Shown here: piece by piece, positions 16,566 through 26,086 of the stretch
How positions within the stretch are numbered: position 1 is the first letter of the stretch
Layout: each line of letters starts with the position of its first letter
From: Candidatus Omnitrophota bacterium
GTDB lineage: Bacteria; Omnitrophota; Omnitrophia; JAHJGZ01; JAFGJY01
Assembly (NCBI GenBank): GCA_016928875.1
Contig: JAFGJY010000089.1
Location: 3,625-67,624, forward strand
Direction of reading: 5' to 3'
Length of the DNA: 64,000 bases
Made by a program: the position numbers and the translations under genes
The notes under the pieces: model-generated
Told to the model about the DNA's origin: nothing
The model's database searches: none
The model's input: the letters and a program-made list of their open reading frames with translations, nothing else

Positions 16566-18122
16566 CTACTCATTAACAACCATGAGTGAAGTTTGTGGAA
16601 TACCGTCCATATCATCAGGGATCTCTTCCCCCATTAAGTATAGCAAGGTCGGTGCAATATCCCATATGTACATCTGCCCATTTAAAGACGCCTGCCGCCT
16701 GATGCCCTTCCCTGCAATTAAAAAGAAACCCTGATCTGTATGCGCGCCGGAACGTTTGTCAGGCAAATGATCACGCTCGATAAGCCCAACACGATCGGAA
16801 CATATTTTAGTAATTGGAGACGTGCCGTTCCATTTTATCACGAGATCGGGAAAATCATGATCATGATCACCGCTATATTTTTCTCGTACTCGTATTACGT
16901 CACTGACCACACTATTACCGGTATCAGGGTCTTTAAGTTCGATGAATGCCTTTGCAATATCATCACTAACCGTGTTATATTCCGCGGGGTCTAGAAGCCC
17001 TGACGGCTCGCGTCCTTTCAGATTGAGTCTGATCGTTCCCGTATTATCTCCTGGGATGTCGAATGCGCGGCTTTTAGCCCAGGTTGAACCCATATTAAGA
17101 AACCGTCGCGTCAATCCATCCCATAATATTGTTGGGATCAATTTCTTTATAAACATAATTGTCTCAATTCTCACTAACTTTTCTATCGTCTCTAGCGAAT
17201 ACACGTCAGCAGCCGGCAAAAAACGCGGTTGCTTTTTTTTATCGTCATTCGAATAATAATATCCTAATTTCTTTAACACCGGCTGCACAAAATGTCTACC
17301 ACTATAATTCGGCCCCATGCCCGTATTCGACCATACCGCAAGAACAGCGTCCGGATCGATCGCGCGGAACTCTGCGATCGCTGCATCGAATAGTTTATAC
17401 ACGTCCAATATGGGATCGCCGACATAGCGAGCGATATCCGGATCATGGTCAGGATGGTTTGTGTCGTGGATATGCCAAAAAAAGTGCGCCGCTAAATGAG
17501 TCTCGGCGCACGAAAGTAAACTGAATTCATATTTCTTTCGCGAGAGGATATCTTTCCAAATGCTGATCCTTTTCTTTGCCCCCTCGATCACTTTCTCGGC
17601 AAGTGCTTTCCATTCTTCCTTGGTCGCACATTTTCGCTGATAGTAATTCTTAAGAGGATGAGCGCCATACTTCTTATTGATCTCTTTGATCAACCCTTTC
17701 GGTGTCGACGATGTCGGCCACGCCTCAAAATCAAGGCCCCAACAAACGATCTGTAGTCCCTTCATATCCTCACACTTCGTCTCAGGCACATCCATAATCG
17801 CAATTGACTTGCCATTGTGATCGAGCGCGACCCAAAATGGTGTTCGGCCTGCCTCGCCTGCTCCTTTCTTGCGCACCTCATAGGTGCCTGACTTTAATTG
17901 CCTATGGCAAAATGCCATGCCGTGCTTGCCCGGTTTAACGCCGCAACTGATCGAAGACCATGTCGTACTACATGCAAGTTCGGCCGAGTTTGTGATGCGC
18001 GTGTATGCCCCCTGCTGCATGAGTGAAGCAATGGTCGGCAGATGCCCTTCACGCGCCCATTGTTCAATAAGCGAAGGCTCAGCTGCCTCAAGCCCGATCG
18101 CCATTATCCGTTTTCTCGTCAT
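16566..18122 (-). CDS. Alkaline-phosphatase-superfamily protein (type I phosphodiesterase/nucleotide pyrophosphatase-like)
   Basis: N-terminus MAIGLEAAEPSLIEQW..GHLPTIASL, then ACSTTWSSISCGVKPGKHGM (T-nucleophile/..G..P..HG motif) and C-terminus GAHTDQGFF. There is no sulfatase C/S-x-P-x-R motif. Confidence 0.55.
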   Translation of the reverse strand: MTRKRIMAIGLEAAEPSLIEQWAREGHLPTIASLMQQGAYTRITNSAELACSTTWSSISCGVKPGKHGMAFCHRQLKSGTYEVRKKGAGEAGRTPFWVALDHNGKSIAIMDVPETKCEDMKGLQIVCWGLDFEAWPTSSTPKGLIKEINKKYGAHPLKNYYQRKCATKEEWKALAEKVIEGAKKRISIWKDILSRKKYEFSLLSCAETHLAAHFFWHIHDTNHPDHDPDIARYVGDPILDVYKLFDAAIAEFRAIDPDAVLAVWSNTGMGPNYSGRHFVQPVLKKLGYYYSNDDKKKQPRFLPAADVYSLETIEKLVRIETIMFIKKLIPTILWDGLTRRFLNMGSTWAKSRAFDIPGDNTGTIRLNLKGREPSGLLDPAEYNTVSDDIAKAFIELKDPDTGNSVVSDVIRVREKYSGDHDHDFPDLVIKWNGTSPITKICSDRVGLIERDHLPDKRSGAHTDQGFFLIAGKGIRRQASLNGQMYIWDIAPTLLYLMGEEIPDDMDGIPQTSLMVVNE

Positions 18123-18123
18123 T

Positions 18124-19017
18124 TTATCGTGTCCTCAATCCTTCAAAAAAACCACGACACTGCGCTGTAATAACACGTGCATGGCCAGTAAGCACCATTT
18201 CACCAATAATATAAAGCCCTTTTAACGGGACCCCTATACAACAACATAATTTTTGGACTATGTTCGTATGCCGTTTTAATAACAATAAATAATTCTTTAT
18301 CTTATTCCGTTCATACGCAGGTTTTGGGTCCCGCCCCATTTTCGTTCCTTTGTGGACAACTACCGCTGTGGGCATATAAAACGTTCTATACCCCATATCA
18401 CGCGCACGCAAGCAAAGATCTGCATCTTCCCATCCATACGGGCTATAACTTTCATCAAAACCGCCTGCTGATTCAAAAAGATCTCTCCGGATGGCTATTG
18501 CAAATCCACCGCACGCGTCTCTATAACATGGCGTATCATGATGCCCTTCATCTTTTTGCCCGCGCCCTATATCATATATTAGACCTGTATAAAAATTGAC
18601 GGATAATCCAACTGAACAAAATATTTTTGTATTCCAATCAACATACGCTTTCGCCGTAATGATGCCTATATCGGATCGGTCTTGAAATACACGCACTACA
18701 TTACTAAAGTATTCGGGAGCCACCTCTACGTCATCATCTAAAAATATCAGGATCTCAGAATCGAAATTTTCTTTTGCGTAACGCCAGCCCATGTTCCGCC
18801 CCTTCGCCACCCCAACATTTTGTTTATTGCGAATAAGTGGGGTGTTTGGATATGTACTCGCGATCGCATCGGCCGACCCATCTGATGAATTATTATCGAC
18901 CACAACGACAGATATATTCGAGCAGTCCGATGCGTATATCGATCTCAAACAAGATAAACAATCATCCTTCTTATTATAATTTAGGGTAACAACTGCGATC
19001 TTCTTATTATTTGTCAT
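18124..19017 (-). CDS. Glycosyltransferase family 2
   Basis: IAVVTLNYNKKDD..VVVDNNSSDGS..LDDDV (GT-A DxD); 4-nt overlap with the upstream gene. Confidence 0.85.
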   Translation of the reverse strand: MTNNKKIAVVTLNYNKKDDCLSCLRSIYASDCSNISVVVVDNNSSDGSADAIASTYPNTPLIRNKQNVGVAKGRNMGWRYAKENFDSEILIFLDDDVEVAPEYFSNVVRVFQDRSDIGIITAKAYVDWNTKIFCSVGLSVNFYTGLIYDIGRGQKDEGHHDTPCYRDACGGFAIAIRRDLFESAGGFDESYSPYGWEDADLCLRARDMGYRTFYMPTAVVVHKGTKMGRDPKPAYERNKIKNYLLLLKRHTNIVQKLCCCIGVPLKGLYIIGEMVLTGHARVITAQCRGFFEGLRTR

Positions 19018-19907
19018 TGTGCTTGCACTTTATTTTGAGATTGCCACGCTGCATACGCATCACGCCATGACGGTGAGAGCATTTCCCGCTCGTGGCCCTT
19101 ATTGACTGCAACACAAAAATGGCCGCATAATGCACATAACTTCTGCATCTCATCATGCATAGGATCATCTTTACCAGGGATCGTATCCCGAGCCAGCCCA
19201 AAGTTGAATATACGGTCTACATTCCCTGCGATCACGCAGTAATAATATCCCCGCGGCGTAAGCCCCATGCCAAGCCCCTGCATGATCCAACACCCATTGC
19301 GGAAATCGCTGTTCTTGTGATCAGGCTCGTCGACCGGCGCAACGCTAAAAACATCAAAATCGCGATCTGCATTAGAAGTCTTAGCGGTATTCTCAACAAG
19401 GACGGTATGCGGAAGGTTCTTTAGCATTTCCCGCGTATGTTCTGTATATCCGTTTGAAATAACTGTAATGCGCATATAAGGCAGATGTGTCTTTTTGTAT
19501 TCTCTTAGCATATCTATTATTTCGCGGAACTGGGGATGCAATGTCGGCTCGCCGCCCAATATCCGAATGCCACTCCATCTGTAGTTTGATCGCACACTTT
19601 CGTTTATTAACTGTTGTATCTGCTCCAGGGAAATGCGTTCATCTGACGGCGCTTTATCGATCGATCGATTACACCCCGCACATTTCAAAGTACACGTGTA
19701 ATTGAGATCGATCTCAAGCAATGTCCTACTACGTGAAAATCGCGGTCCCATGACTCGTGTTACACCATTTGAAACCCGCCACAATTCATATGCCCTAAAC
19801 AATCTGTCTGTATGATTACGCAGCCATACCGGTAGTATTCTGCGACGACGTTCATATCGCCACCACAACGGTGATCTAAAATAATAATACATTTTCGTAA
19901 GATCCAT
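19014..19907 (-). CDS. Radical SAM protein (no SPASM extension recognised)
   Basis: NYTCTLKCAGCN CxxxCxxC, GGEPTLHP glycine-rich SAM motif. Confidence 0.75.
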   Translation of the reverse strand: MDLTKMYYYFRSPLWWRYERRRRILPVWLRNHTDRLFRAYELWRVSNGVTRVMGPRFSRSRTLLEIDLNYTCTLKCAGCNRSIDKAPSDERISLEQIQQLINESVRSNYRWSGIRILGGEPTLHPQFREIIDMLREYKKTHLPYMRITVISNGYTEHTREMLKNLPHTVLVENTAKTSNADRDFDVFSVAPVDEPDHKNSDFRNGCWIMQGLGMGLTPRGYYYCVIAGNVDRIFNFGLARDTIPGKDDPMHDEMQKLCALCGHFCVAVNKGHEREMLSPSWRDAYAAWQSQNKVQAQ

Positions 19908-20101
19908 GGTAAATGGTAATGAACTAACTTTGTAACATCTTATAAATAAAAGACTTATGACTCTTTGTGAAATCCTGTCTGGCCTTGCATTACCCTACAT
20001 CATATGTTACCCTTTGGTATTACGTACGTTAACCATCAAAAAACATTTCACTTTAGCCGATAATATATCATTACCACAACACTCAAAGGAATAGTTTACC
20101 T

Positions 20102-21400
20102 ATGGAAGAATGGATCAAGAAAAATAAAGGCATTGTGATTGTAGTCAGTATTAAATTTCTCTGCGTAATAATAGCTGCCGCTGCGTATGTCTGTTTCGGT
20201 CATACGCTGATCAGAGCCATGTACGAAGAACATGCTGTTGGTTTCCTTAATAACCTCATTGAGCATGATGGCGCCCACCAATTGGCCTATTATTACGCAA
20301 AAGCTGACCATATATTCAAACTTGGTGTGATCACATTCATAGTGATCGGCCTATTAGTCATTTCAACGTACAAACTGGTTCTTGCACATGCTAAAACTAT
20401 GTTCAAACTCCTTGTGATCAATCTTAGTATCACTGTTGTCTTCTTTGAATGTCTGACGGGCCTGCTTTTCGCCGTACCCGCATTATCTAATAACCTGCTC
20501 CATGATTTTATGTGCAGCCTTTACAGAAATGGCAACATCGCCATGCCGCAATATGAAGATCAAATGGCCATCTATGATAATGAACTTTTATATACGCTTA
20601 AACCAAACACTGAATTTGTATTCTCTAACCCTGAATTTAAAACCGCGTATACAACTAATAGCTTAGGGCTTAGGGACGATGAAGCATCATTACATAAGCC
20701 AGAGATCATATGCCTCGGCGATTCATATACTATGGGATGGGGTGTAGAACAGGATGAAACGTTCGCTCAACGACTCGAACAAATGAGCAACAAAAAAGTC
20801 CTCAATGCGGGTATTTCATCGTATGGAACAGTGCGTGAGATGAAATTATTAAACCGGCTCGACACATCCAATCTCGAATATCTGATCATCCAATATGACG
20901 GTAATGATTACAATGAAAACAACACCTTCTACCAAATGAAAAACGTATTAAATATAATGAGTCTTAATAACTACAATTCCGTTAAGGATGAATATTCTGA
21001 ACGGCTTCGCTATTATCCGGGCAAATATTTCATATTTGCGCTTACATCGATCTTTGCGAGTATAACAAACATGTCCGGGGAAAAACCTGATCACTCCTTC
21101 GGTGTGCCGAATACAGCAAAAAAAGCCGATGAATCAAAAGTATTTATAAACGCGATCATGCATGCAACCGATGTCGATCCTTCCAATATAAAGATAATCA
21201 TGACCGGCCGTAAAAATTTCTTGGATGCAGCACAGAGCACGATAGCATCCGGTGACTATCCTCTCTATATTCAAAATATCGTTTTTGTTCCTTTCCCAGA
21301 TGCAAAAACTCAACGCGATCACTATTTCACGATCGATGGCCATCTTAACGCCCGCGGCCATAATGGATTGGCTTACAAGCTATCAAACACACTAAACTAA
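20102..21400 (+). CDS. Membrane-anchored SGNH/GDSL hydrolase or acyltransferase-like protein
   Basis: N-terminal TM segments, then ICLGDSYTMGWGV (block I Ser), GISSYGT, and DGHLNARGH (block V D-x-x-H). It is the only plus-strand gene. Confidence 0.7.
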   Translation: MEEWIKKNKGIVIVVSIKFLCVIIAAAAYVCFGHTLIRAMYEEHAVGFLNNLIEHDGAHQLAYYYAKADHIFKLGVITFIVIGLLVISTYKLVLAHAKTMFKLLVINLSITVVFFECLTGLLFAVPALSNNLLHDFMCSLYRNGNIAMPQYEDQMAIYDNELLYTLKPNTEFVFSNPEFKTAYTTNSLGLRDDEASLHKPEIICLGDSYTMGWGVEQDETFAQRLEQMSNKKVLNAGISSYGTVREMKLLNRLDTSNLEYLIIQYDGNDYNENNTFYQMKNVLNIMSLNNYNSVKDEYSERLRYYPGKYFIFALTSIFASITNMSGEKPDHSFGVPNTAKKADESKVFINAIMHATDVDPSNIKIIMTGRKNFLDAAQSTIASGDYPLYIQNIVFVPFPDAKTQRDHYFTIDGHLNARGHNGLAYKLSNTLN

Positions 21401-21473
21401 TTAACCTTCGCATAAATAAAACCATCTAAAATTAAATACGTGTTGGAACTCTAAACCGACACATCGCAACCTG

Positions 21474-22421
21474 TCATTCCAACCACTGCGAGAGATCCCG
21501 CCCAATGAGCGATTGCAATTTTATAATATCGTCATGAAATATATTTATAAGACGCTGACGCGTTCTTTGCGGAAACTCGATTTTTCTTTTTTTTGCCATA
21601 ACAAAGTATTTACTTATCGTATCACGCGTTTTTCTCGATAGGATCGGCCTCAAGAGATCTCTTAGGCCATGTGATTTTGTCCAAATCAATCGCAATAACG
21701 GATTTTCAATGACGCCCGACACATTAAACTTTTCTCTCATGTCAGGAACAAAAGATTCTTCTACATTGAGGAACCGAAAAATATCTCTTAATACCATCTC
21801 TGGCGTTGCAATAAAATCATCGAATAAGTGAATAGACAGCTGTTCTTTTTTAAAAAGACGTAAATACACTGCCAATTGCGCACCATAAAAAGCGCTATAT
21901 AAATACGTATTTAACATCCATCCTTCCTCTATGCGGCGCTTCTCATCGTCAAGTGCCTCCTCAAGGGTCCGGCACGGTTCGTAACCATCACGAATTGCCA
22001 TGCTAAATGAGGAAAATACCCGTTCTATAGGATTACGCAAAATACAAATGAGTTTTACGTCCGGAATGGTTTTCTGTATTCGTTCTGCCGTACCCGGAAC
22101 CCATAAATACGTCGGTGAATTCTCTCCTATAGCACGCTCATGAGATACACCCTCAAACAATGCATGATAGTCTGCTTCTTTCCAAATCACATCATTATTA
22201 AATAGTTCCGCCCGCGGTCCGTTAAATGCCGGCTTTTTTCCGCCAAACGTAAAATAGTGAGTTTCTTTCACCGGCGCCATATAAATGTCCGGATGTTGCG
22301 CGAGATAATGATACAAAGAAGTCGTGCCTGACTTTCCCGCGCCGATAATCAGAAATGTAGGTACTCGTTTTTTCACATTATTTCCCTTGATAGACAAGAG
22401 GGGCAGATCTGACGATAACAA
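21474..22421 (-). CDS. PAPS-dependent sulfotransferase
   Basis: FLIIGAGKSGTTSLYHYL (5'-PSB loop) and ILRNPIERVFSSF (3'-PB motif). An alternative GTG start at 22376 lies just after the upstream stop. Confidence 0.8.
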   Translation of the reverse strand: MLSSDLPLLSIKGNNVKKRVPTFLIIGAGKSGTTSLYHYLAQHPDIYMAPVKETHYFTFGGKKPAFNGPRAELFNNDVIWKEADYHALFEGVSHERAIGENSPTYLWVPGTAERIQKTIPDVKLICILRNPIERVFSSFSMAIRDGYEPCRTLEEALDDEKRRIEEGWMLNTYLYSAFYGAQLAVYLRLFKKEQLSIHLFDDFIATPEMVLRDIFRFLNVEESFVPDMREKFNVSGVIENPLLRLIWTKSHGLRDLLRPILSRKTRDTISKYFVMAKKRKIEFPQRTRQRLINIFHDDIIKLQSLIGRDLSQWLE

Positions 22422-23631
22422 CGCGTATTCTCCTTCTTCCTCGCCGTTTCATAAAATCACTGGCAAAATCATCCCAGGCCCGGATCACCGTAGCGTTCTT
22501 GAACGAGCGTTGCAGCTCCTCATCCCGCAAAACCGACGATATGACGCTGAATCGCACGCTGAATTTCCGCAGCATCTTTACTATGTTAAATACACGTTCG
22601 GGGAGACAGAGCATCTCCTTAGTCGAAAAATGAGCGAGCCGGCGCTTGAGACGCTGCATGAAGGGTTGTTTTGTAGAAAAGAGTTCATGCCCACCCATCC
22701 CGTCTCTGCATTCTGCCAAAACCACCTTTTCCGTAGCAGTACCATAATGGAAAAGCGGCCAAAAGGCACGGTCCATAGCAAGGTTCACAGTACGGTCGCA
22801 TGGGTAGGTATCGATGATAAGCAGATCAACTGCACGCGGCAACTTCACGCTATGATGAGACCGTACATATTTAACCGCCTCTTTGAAACTCGACTCTGGA
22901 TCACCGCAAAAAAGTTCTACGATCTCTCTTTTACTGTTTATGATGACGTTCGCTGATAGATCAAGCCCGACCATCCCCGCGATCTCGTTTATGGTCGCGC
23001 GAAATTCGGTTTCTATCTTTCCCGCGCGCTGCTTACACCCCCGGCATTCATCATGTAATGCCCGGATCGTTTCGTATCCGCACACGCCCGGAGCGACTAT
23101 CTTGTTCCCGCCCGAGAACCCCGCTGCCGGATGCGGTACAACACAGCTTACGCCGATCCTAAGATCAGCCTCATAGACATGTTTGTTGACGCTCACGGGT
23201 ATGCCGTTAGAAGAAATACCCAACTGAACGCAATCATTACGACAGTCATGCGGGATGACCTTAAAACGCTCATGCATCGCCTCCCCGATCTTACTGCGCA
23301 TCATCGTTTCGCTATCAGGCGCATGTGTTCCATGCGATACGACAAAAAAGATGTTCTCATCGCGTATCCCCGTATCATGCAAACACGTCACAATATGCGT
23401 CACGATCACATTGGCCGGCGTCGGACGACTGGAGTCATCCACGATGATGCACGCACTTTTTTTATTACACGCACTCGCCATAACCTTATCGCTGAGACGC
23501 ACGATAATATCTTCGGTCGCTAATCGCTGTTTCGTCAAATTCCCCACGACAGTAACATCCCACGTCTTAGGCAGATCAAGGATTGTAGCAATATCTTTAT
23601 CCGCATCAGAATAAACGTAATTATACTGCAC
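22378..23631 (-). CDS. LarA-like (nickel-pincer-dependent lactate racemase family, DUF2088) protein
   Basis: IIVDDSSRPTP, VVSHGTHAP, and VVPHPAAGFSGGNKIVAPG (conserved Lys in the GGxK context); 417 aa. Confidence 0.7.
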   Translation of the reverse strand: MQYNYVYSDADKDIATILDLPKTWDVTVVGNLTKQRLATEDIIVRLSDKVMASACNKKSACIIVDDSSRPTPANVIVTHIVTCLHDTGIRDENIFFVVSHGTHAPDSETMMRSKIGEAMHERFKVIPHDCRNDCVQLGISSNGIPVSVNKHVYEADLRIGVSCVVPHPAAGFSGGNKIVAPGVCGYETIRALHDECRGCKQRAGKIETEFRATINEIAGMVGLDLSANVIINSKREIVELFCGDPESSFKEAVKYVRSHHSVKLPRAVDLLIIDTYPCDRTVNLAMDRAFWPLFHYGTATEKVVLAECRDGMGGHELFSTKQPFMQRLKRRLAHFSTKEMLCLPERVFNIVKMLRKFSVRFSVISSVLRDEELQRSFKNATVIRAWDDFASDFMKRRGRRRIRVVIVRSAPLVYQGK

Positions 23632-24937
23632 GATTCCTCTCTCTCAATCTCCCATATAATGATGCATAATCTCTTCGCACTTTATTTGTCAATTCATTGG
23701 ACAGATCATGCAATAATGAACGCACCGTGGCTCTGTCAGAATACAACGCATCGATATGAGACATCAACATATCGTAATGGTCCGCGTCAAGACGGGGTAT
23801 CGGCTTTATTGGGTAGTCGAACGACGCAAACATACCATCGATCTTGATCGTTTGCGGTGATATCGGCACCACCGGAGTATGGGCAAGGATCGAAAAGATC
23901 GCTGCATGATACCTATCGGTGACAACCAGATCAAAGTATGCCATTAGATCTTTCATTTCCGGATAATCGTACATTCTCGACAATGTCTTAAAGCGGCATT
24001 TCCCGCTTAATCCCTGTGCTATGTTATTATCATGAGCAATACAAGTACTGAGGACCCAGATCTGTTTCGTATAGCGCTTCCCTACCTCCTCTACCGCGCG
24101 ACTCCATAATTCAAGGTCTTGCGCACGATCGCCACGAATTATGAAAGCAATGTCTCCTTTTTCAACCCCCTCTCGCTCAGCGATGACCGCAACATCTTCA
24201 TGGGGAATATACGGTGCCGCAAAGGCGGAATCGCACGATGCGATGACCTTTTCCTGTGAAATCCCAAGTTCGATAAGCCGCTCCGAAGACCACGGCTCTC
24301 TTGTAACATGCATATCGAATAATGAATACACCGCTTTTATGACATTACGCGCTACAGGATGGCTTACGTCAACCGTCTGATTCAGCGAAATAACAGGTTT
24401 CCCTATTCTCTTAGCCAGATAGCACTCGAAAAGGCCTGTGACCATGTAATGCCGTAATCGATCTGATAGTAGACCTGCACCATTGTAAACAGCAACATCG
24501 GCAGCTTTAACAGCCTCGATAAAACGGCGCGCAAAATGTGCACGAAATACGAGTGGTAAGATCGTCTCGAACAATCCGCGGCTGTATTTCTTGCGGAACA
24601 CGTTCTCAAACGCATTCATAATCGGACTATTAAGTACATATTTGGAATTTAATATTTTCACTATCGCTGTCTCAACTGCGATACGTACGTTACTATAATT
24701 TAGAATGCGATCCGCGAAACGATCAAAAGACTTTAGCACATCCTCGGGTGTCGCCTGTTTCGGCAATACACTGATATTGATGTATGGAAACACCTTCCAG
24801 CCTGCCGAACGGATTTCACCATGCATCTGCTCACGCAGGAGCACCAAAGTTCCTTCTGTGAGTGCGCGGTCGCCGAGATTTATCAGGCTCTGTCGCAATC
24901 CCGTACGATCGCTTAAAATAATATATTTCTTTTTCAT
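23621..24937 (-). CDS. Polysaccharide pyruvyl transferase family protein
   Basis: C-terminal VVTDRYHAAIFSILAHTPVVPI signature (R-x-H-x-x-I) and a Rossmann-like N-terminus. Confidence 0.7.
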   Translation of the reverse strand: MKKKYIILSDRTGLRQSLINLGDRALTEGTLVLLREQMHGEIRSAGWKVFPYINISVLPKQATPEDVLKSFDRFADRILNYSNVRIAVETAIVKILNSKYVLNSPIMNAFENVFRKKYSRGLFETILPLVFRAHFARRFIEAVKAADVAVYNGAGLLSDRLRHYMVTGLFECYLAKRIGKPVISLNQTVDVSHPVARNVIKAVYSLFDMHVTREPWSSERLIELGISQEKVIASCDSAFAAPYIPHEDVAVIAEREGVEKGDIAFIIRGDRAQDLELWSRAVEEVGKRYTKQIWVLSTCIAHDNNIAQGLSGKCRFKTLSRMYDYPEMKDLMAYFDLVVTDRYHAAIFSILAHTPVVPISPQTIKIDGMFASFDYPIKPIPRLDADHYDMLMSHIDALYSDRATVRSLLHDLSNELTNKVRRDYASLYGRLRERNRAV

Positions 24938-24985
24938 TGAATTGATAACGTTGTATGGACAGGCATGAACAAAATAAATATTTTT

Positions 24986-26071
24986 CTATTCGGCAAGCAA
25001 TTTCTGATAGATATCAATATGCGCGTTCAGAGCGGTATTCATCTCGAAGGTCTTGGCTATCTCTCTTTGTCCTTCATCGCCAAGCCCCCTCCATCTATCG
25101 TTCTCCAAAAGGTAGCGTAGGCCTGCATCAAAATCATCACCAACCGCCCTATACCCATACTTTGAGGCATATTCATTAGGATCAACATAACTCAATAATG
25201 CACATTTATGTGCCAATGCCTCAATAAAAGCATTTGGCAGACCCTCACGTACCGCTGTGTTTACTAGGATCCAACTCTGTGACAAAAGCTCTGAAACCTT
25301 GTCTGAATTAAATTGATCGATAAAACCCAATATTTCCAGGTTTTTTAAATATCTATATTTCCCCACTAAATACCTTTCCCATTTTTTATCCCGCGACGTA
25401 CCTGCCAATAGAAATCTAACATGCGGGAATTTCTCGGCCAATTGCAGAAAAAGCTCAGGTCTCTTCCGTCTATCAAGACGTGCAAGATAGCATACCGTGG
25501 GCGTATTCGCCTTTTTGATCATATTTGGCAATAAAACAGGTGTAGGTAAAAACACCGGGGCCTCTTTTAGTTTATATACACGCATGGATTTTTCGCATAA
25601 ACATTCAGCGGCACAATACAAGCCGTCAAACTTCTGTAACGAACGATCTATAATAAAGTTATTCTCGAATATGCGGTTCAAAAGCACCTGTACTTTGCTC
25701 AGCGAATGGTCTTTATATTCGATATACCAATCTTCACTATCACGGGGATCTCTGAATGTTACGATGTGTTTCTTGCGTGGCCTAGCAATATGCGCCAGAA
25801 CTGAGATTAACGATGGTTCTTCGGAATGATAAATATCAGCATCGATCGTCTTCGCGTATTTAATTACCGCGAGCAGATCGTACGGCTTGAATCCGGAGAC
25901 CTTAATACCATCGAGCTCTTCATATTCATTCTGCCCTACGCGTCGTGGTACGATCGCGTACACATCGATACCGCGCTGAACGAGTTCCCGCCCGATCGTA
26001 CGCGTCGCACGGCCGAATCCGCCATACTTCCCCCATGCAAATATCTCGGTACACAAAAAGCATATTTTCAT
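24986..26071 (-). CDS. Glycosyltransferase family 4; paralogue of 28474..29577
   Basis: MKICFLCTEIFAWGKYGGFGRATRTIGREL.. versus MKVCLICVEIFAWGKMGGFGSATRTIARSL..; C-terminus ..VNTAVREGLPNAFIEALAHKCALLS. Confidence 0.8.
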   Translation of the reverse strand: MKICFLCTEIFAWGKYGGFGRATRTIGRELVQRGIDVYAIVPRRVGQNEYEELDGIKVSGFKPYDLLAVIKYAKTIDADIYHSEEPSLISVLAHIARPRKKHIVTFRDPRDSEDWYIEYKDHSLSKVQVLLNRIFENNFIIDRSLQKFDGLYCAAECLCEKSMRVYKLKEAPVFLPTPVLLPNMIKKANTPTVCYLARLDRRKRPELFLQLAEKFPHVRFLLAGTSRDKKWERYLVGKYRYLKNLEILGFIDQFNSDKVSELLSQSWILVNTAVREGLPNAFIEALAHKCALLSYVDPNEYASKYGYRAVGDDFDAGLRYLLENDRWRGLGDEGQREIAKTFEMNTALNAHIDIYQKLLAE

Positions 26072-26086
26072 ATAGTAATGGTCTTC

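Noticed and set aside
16566-18122. The AlkP-superfamily protein as a sulfatase matured by the neighbouring SPASM radical SAM enzymes (anSME logic).
   Set aside because: No C/S-x-P-x-R formylglycine motif was seen. The nucleophile region looks like the Thr-type phosphodiesterase/NPP family, and the SPASM genes are not adjacent.
22378-23631. Calling the LarA-like gene a bona fide lactate racemase (larA).
   Set aside because: Only family membership and motif conservation are visible. No larB/C/E or lactate-metabolism genes are nearby, and the context is glycan tailoring. It is kept as a LarA-like homologue with unknown substrate.
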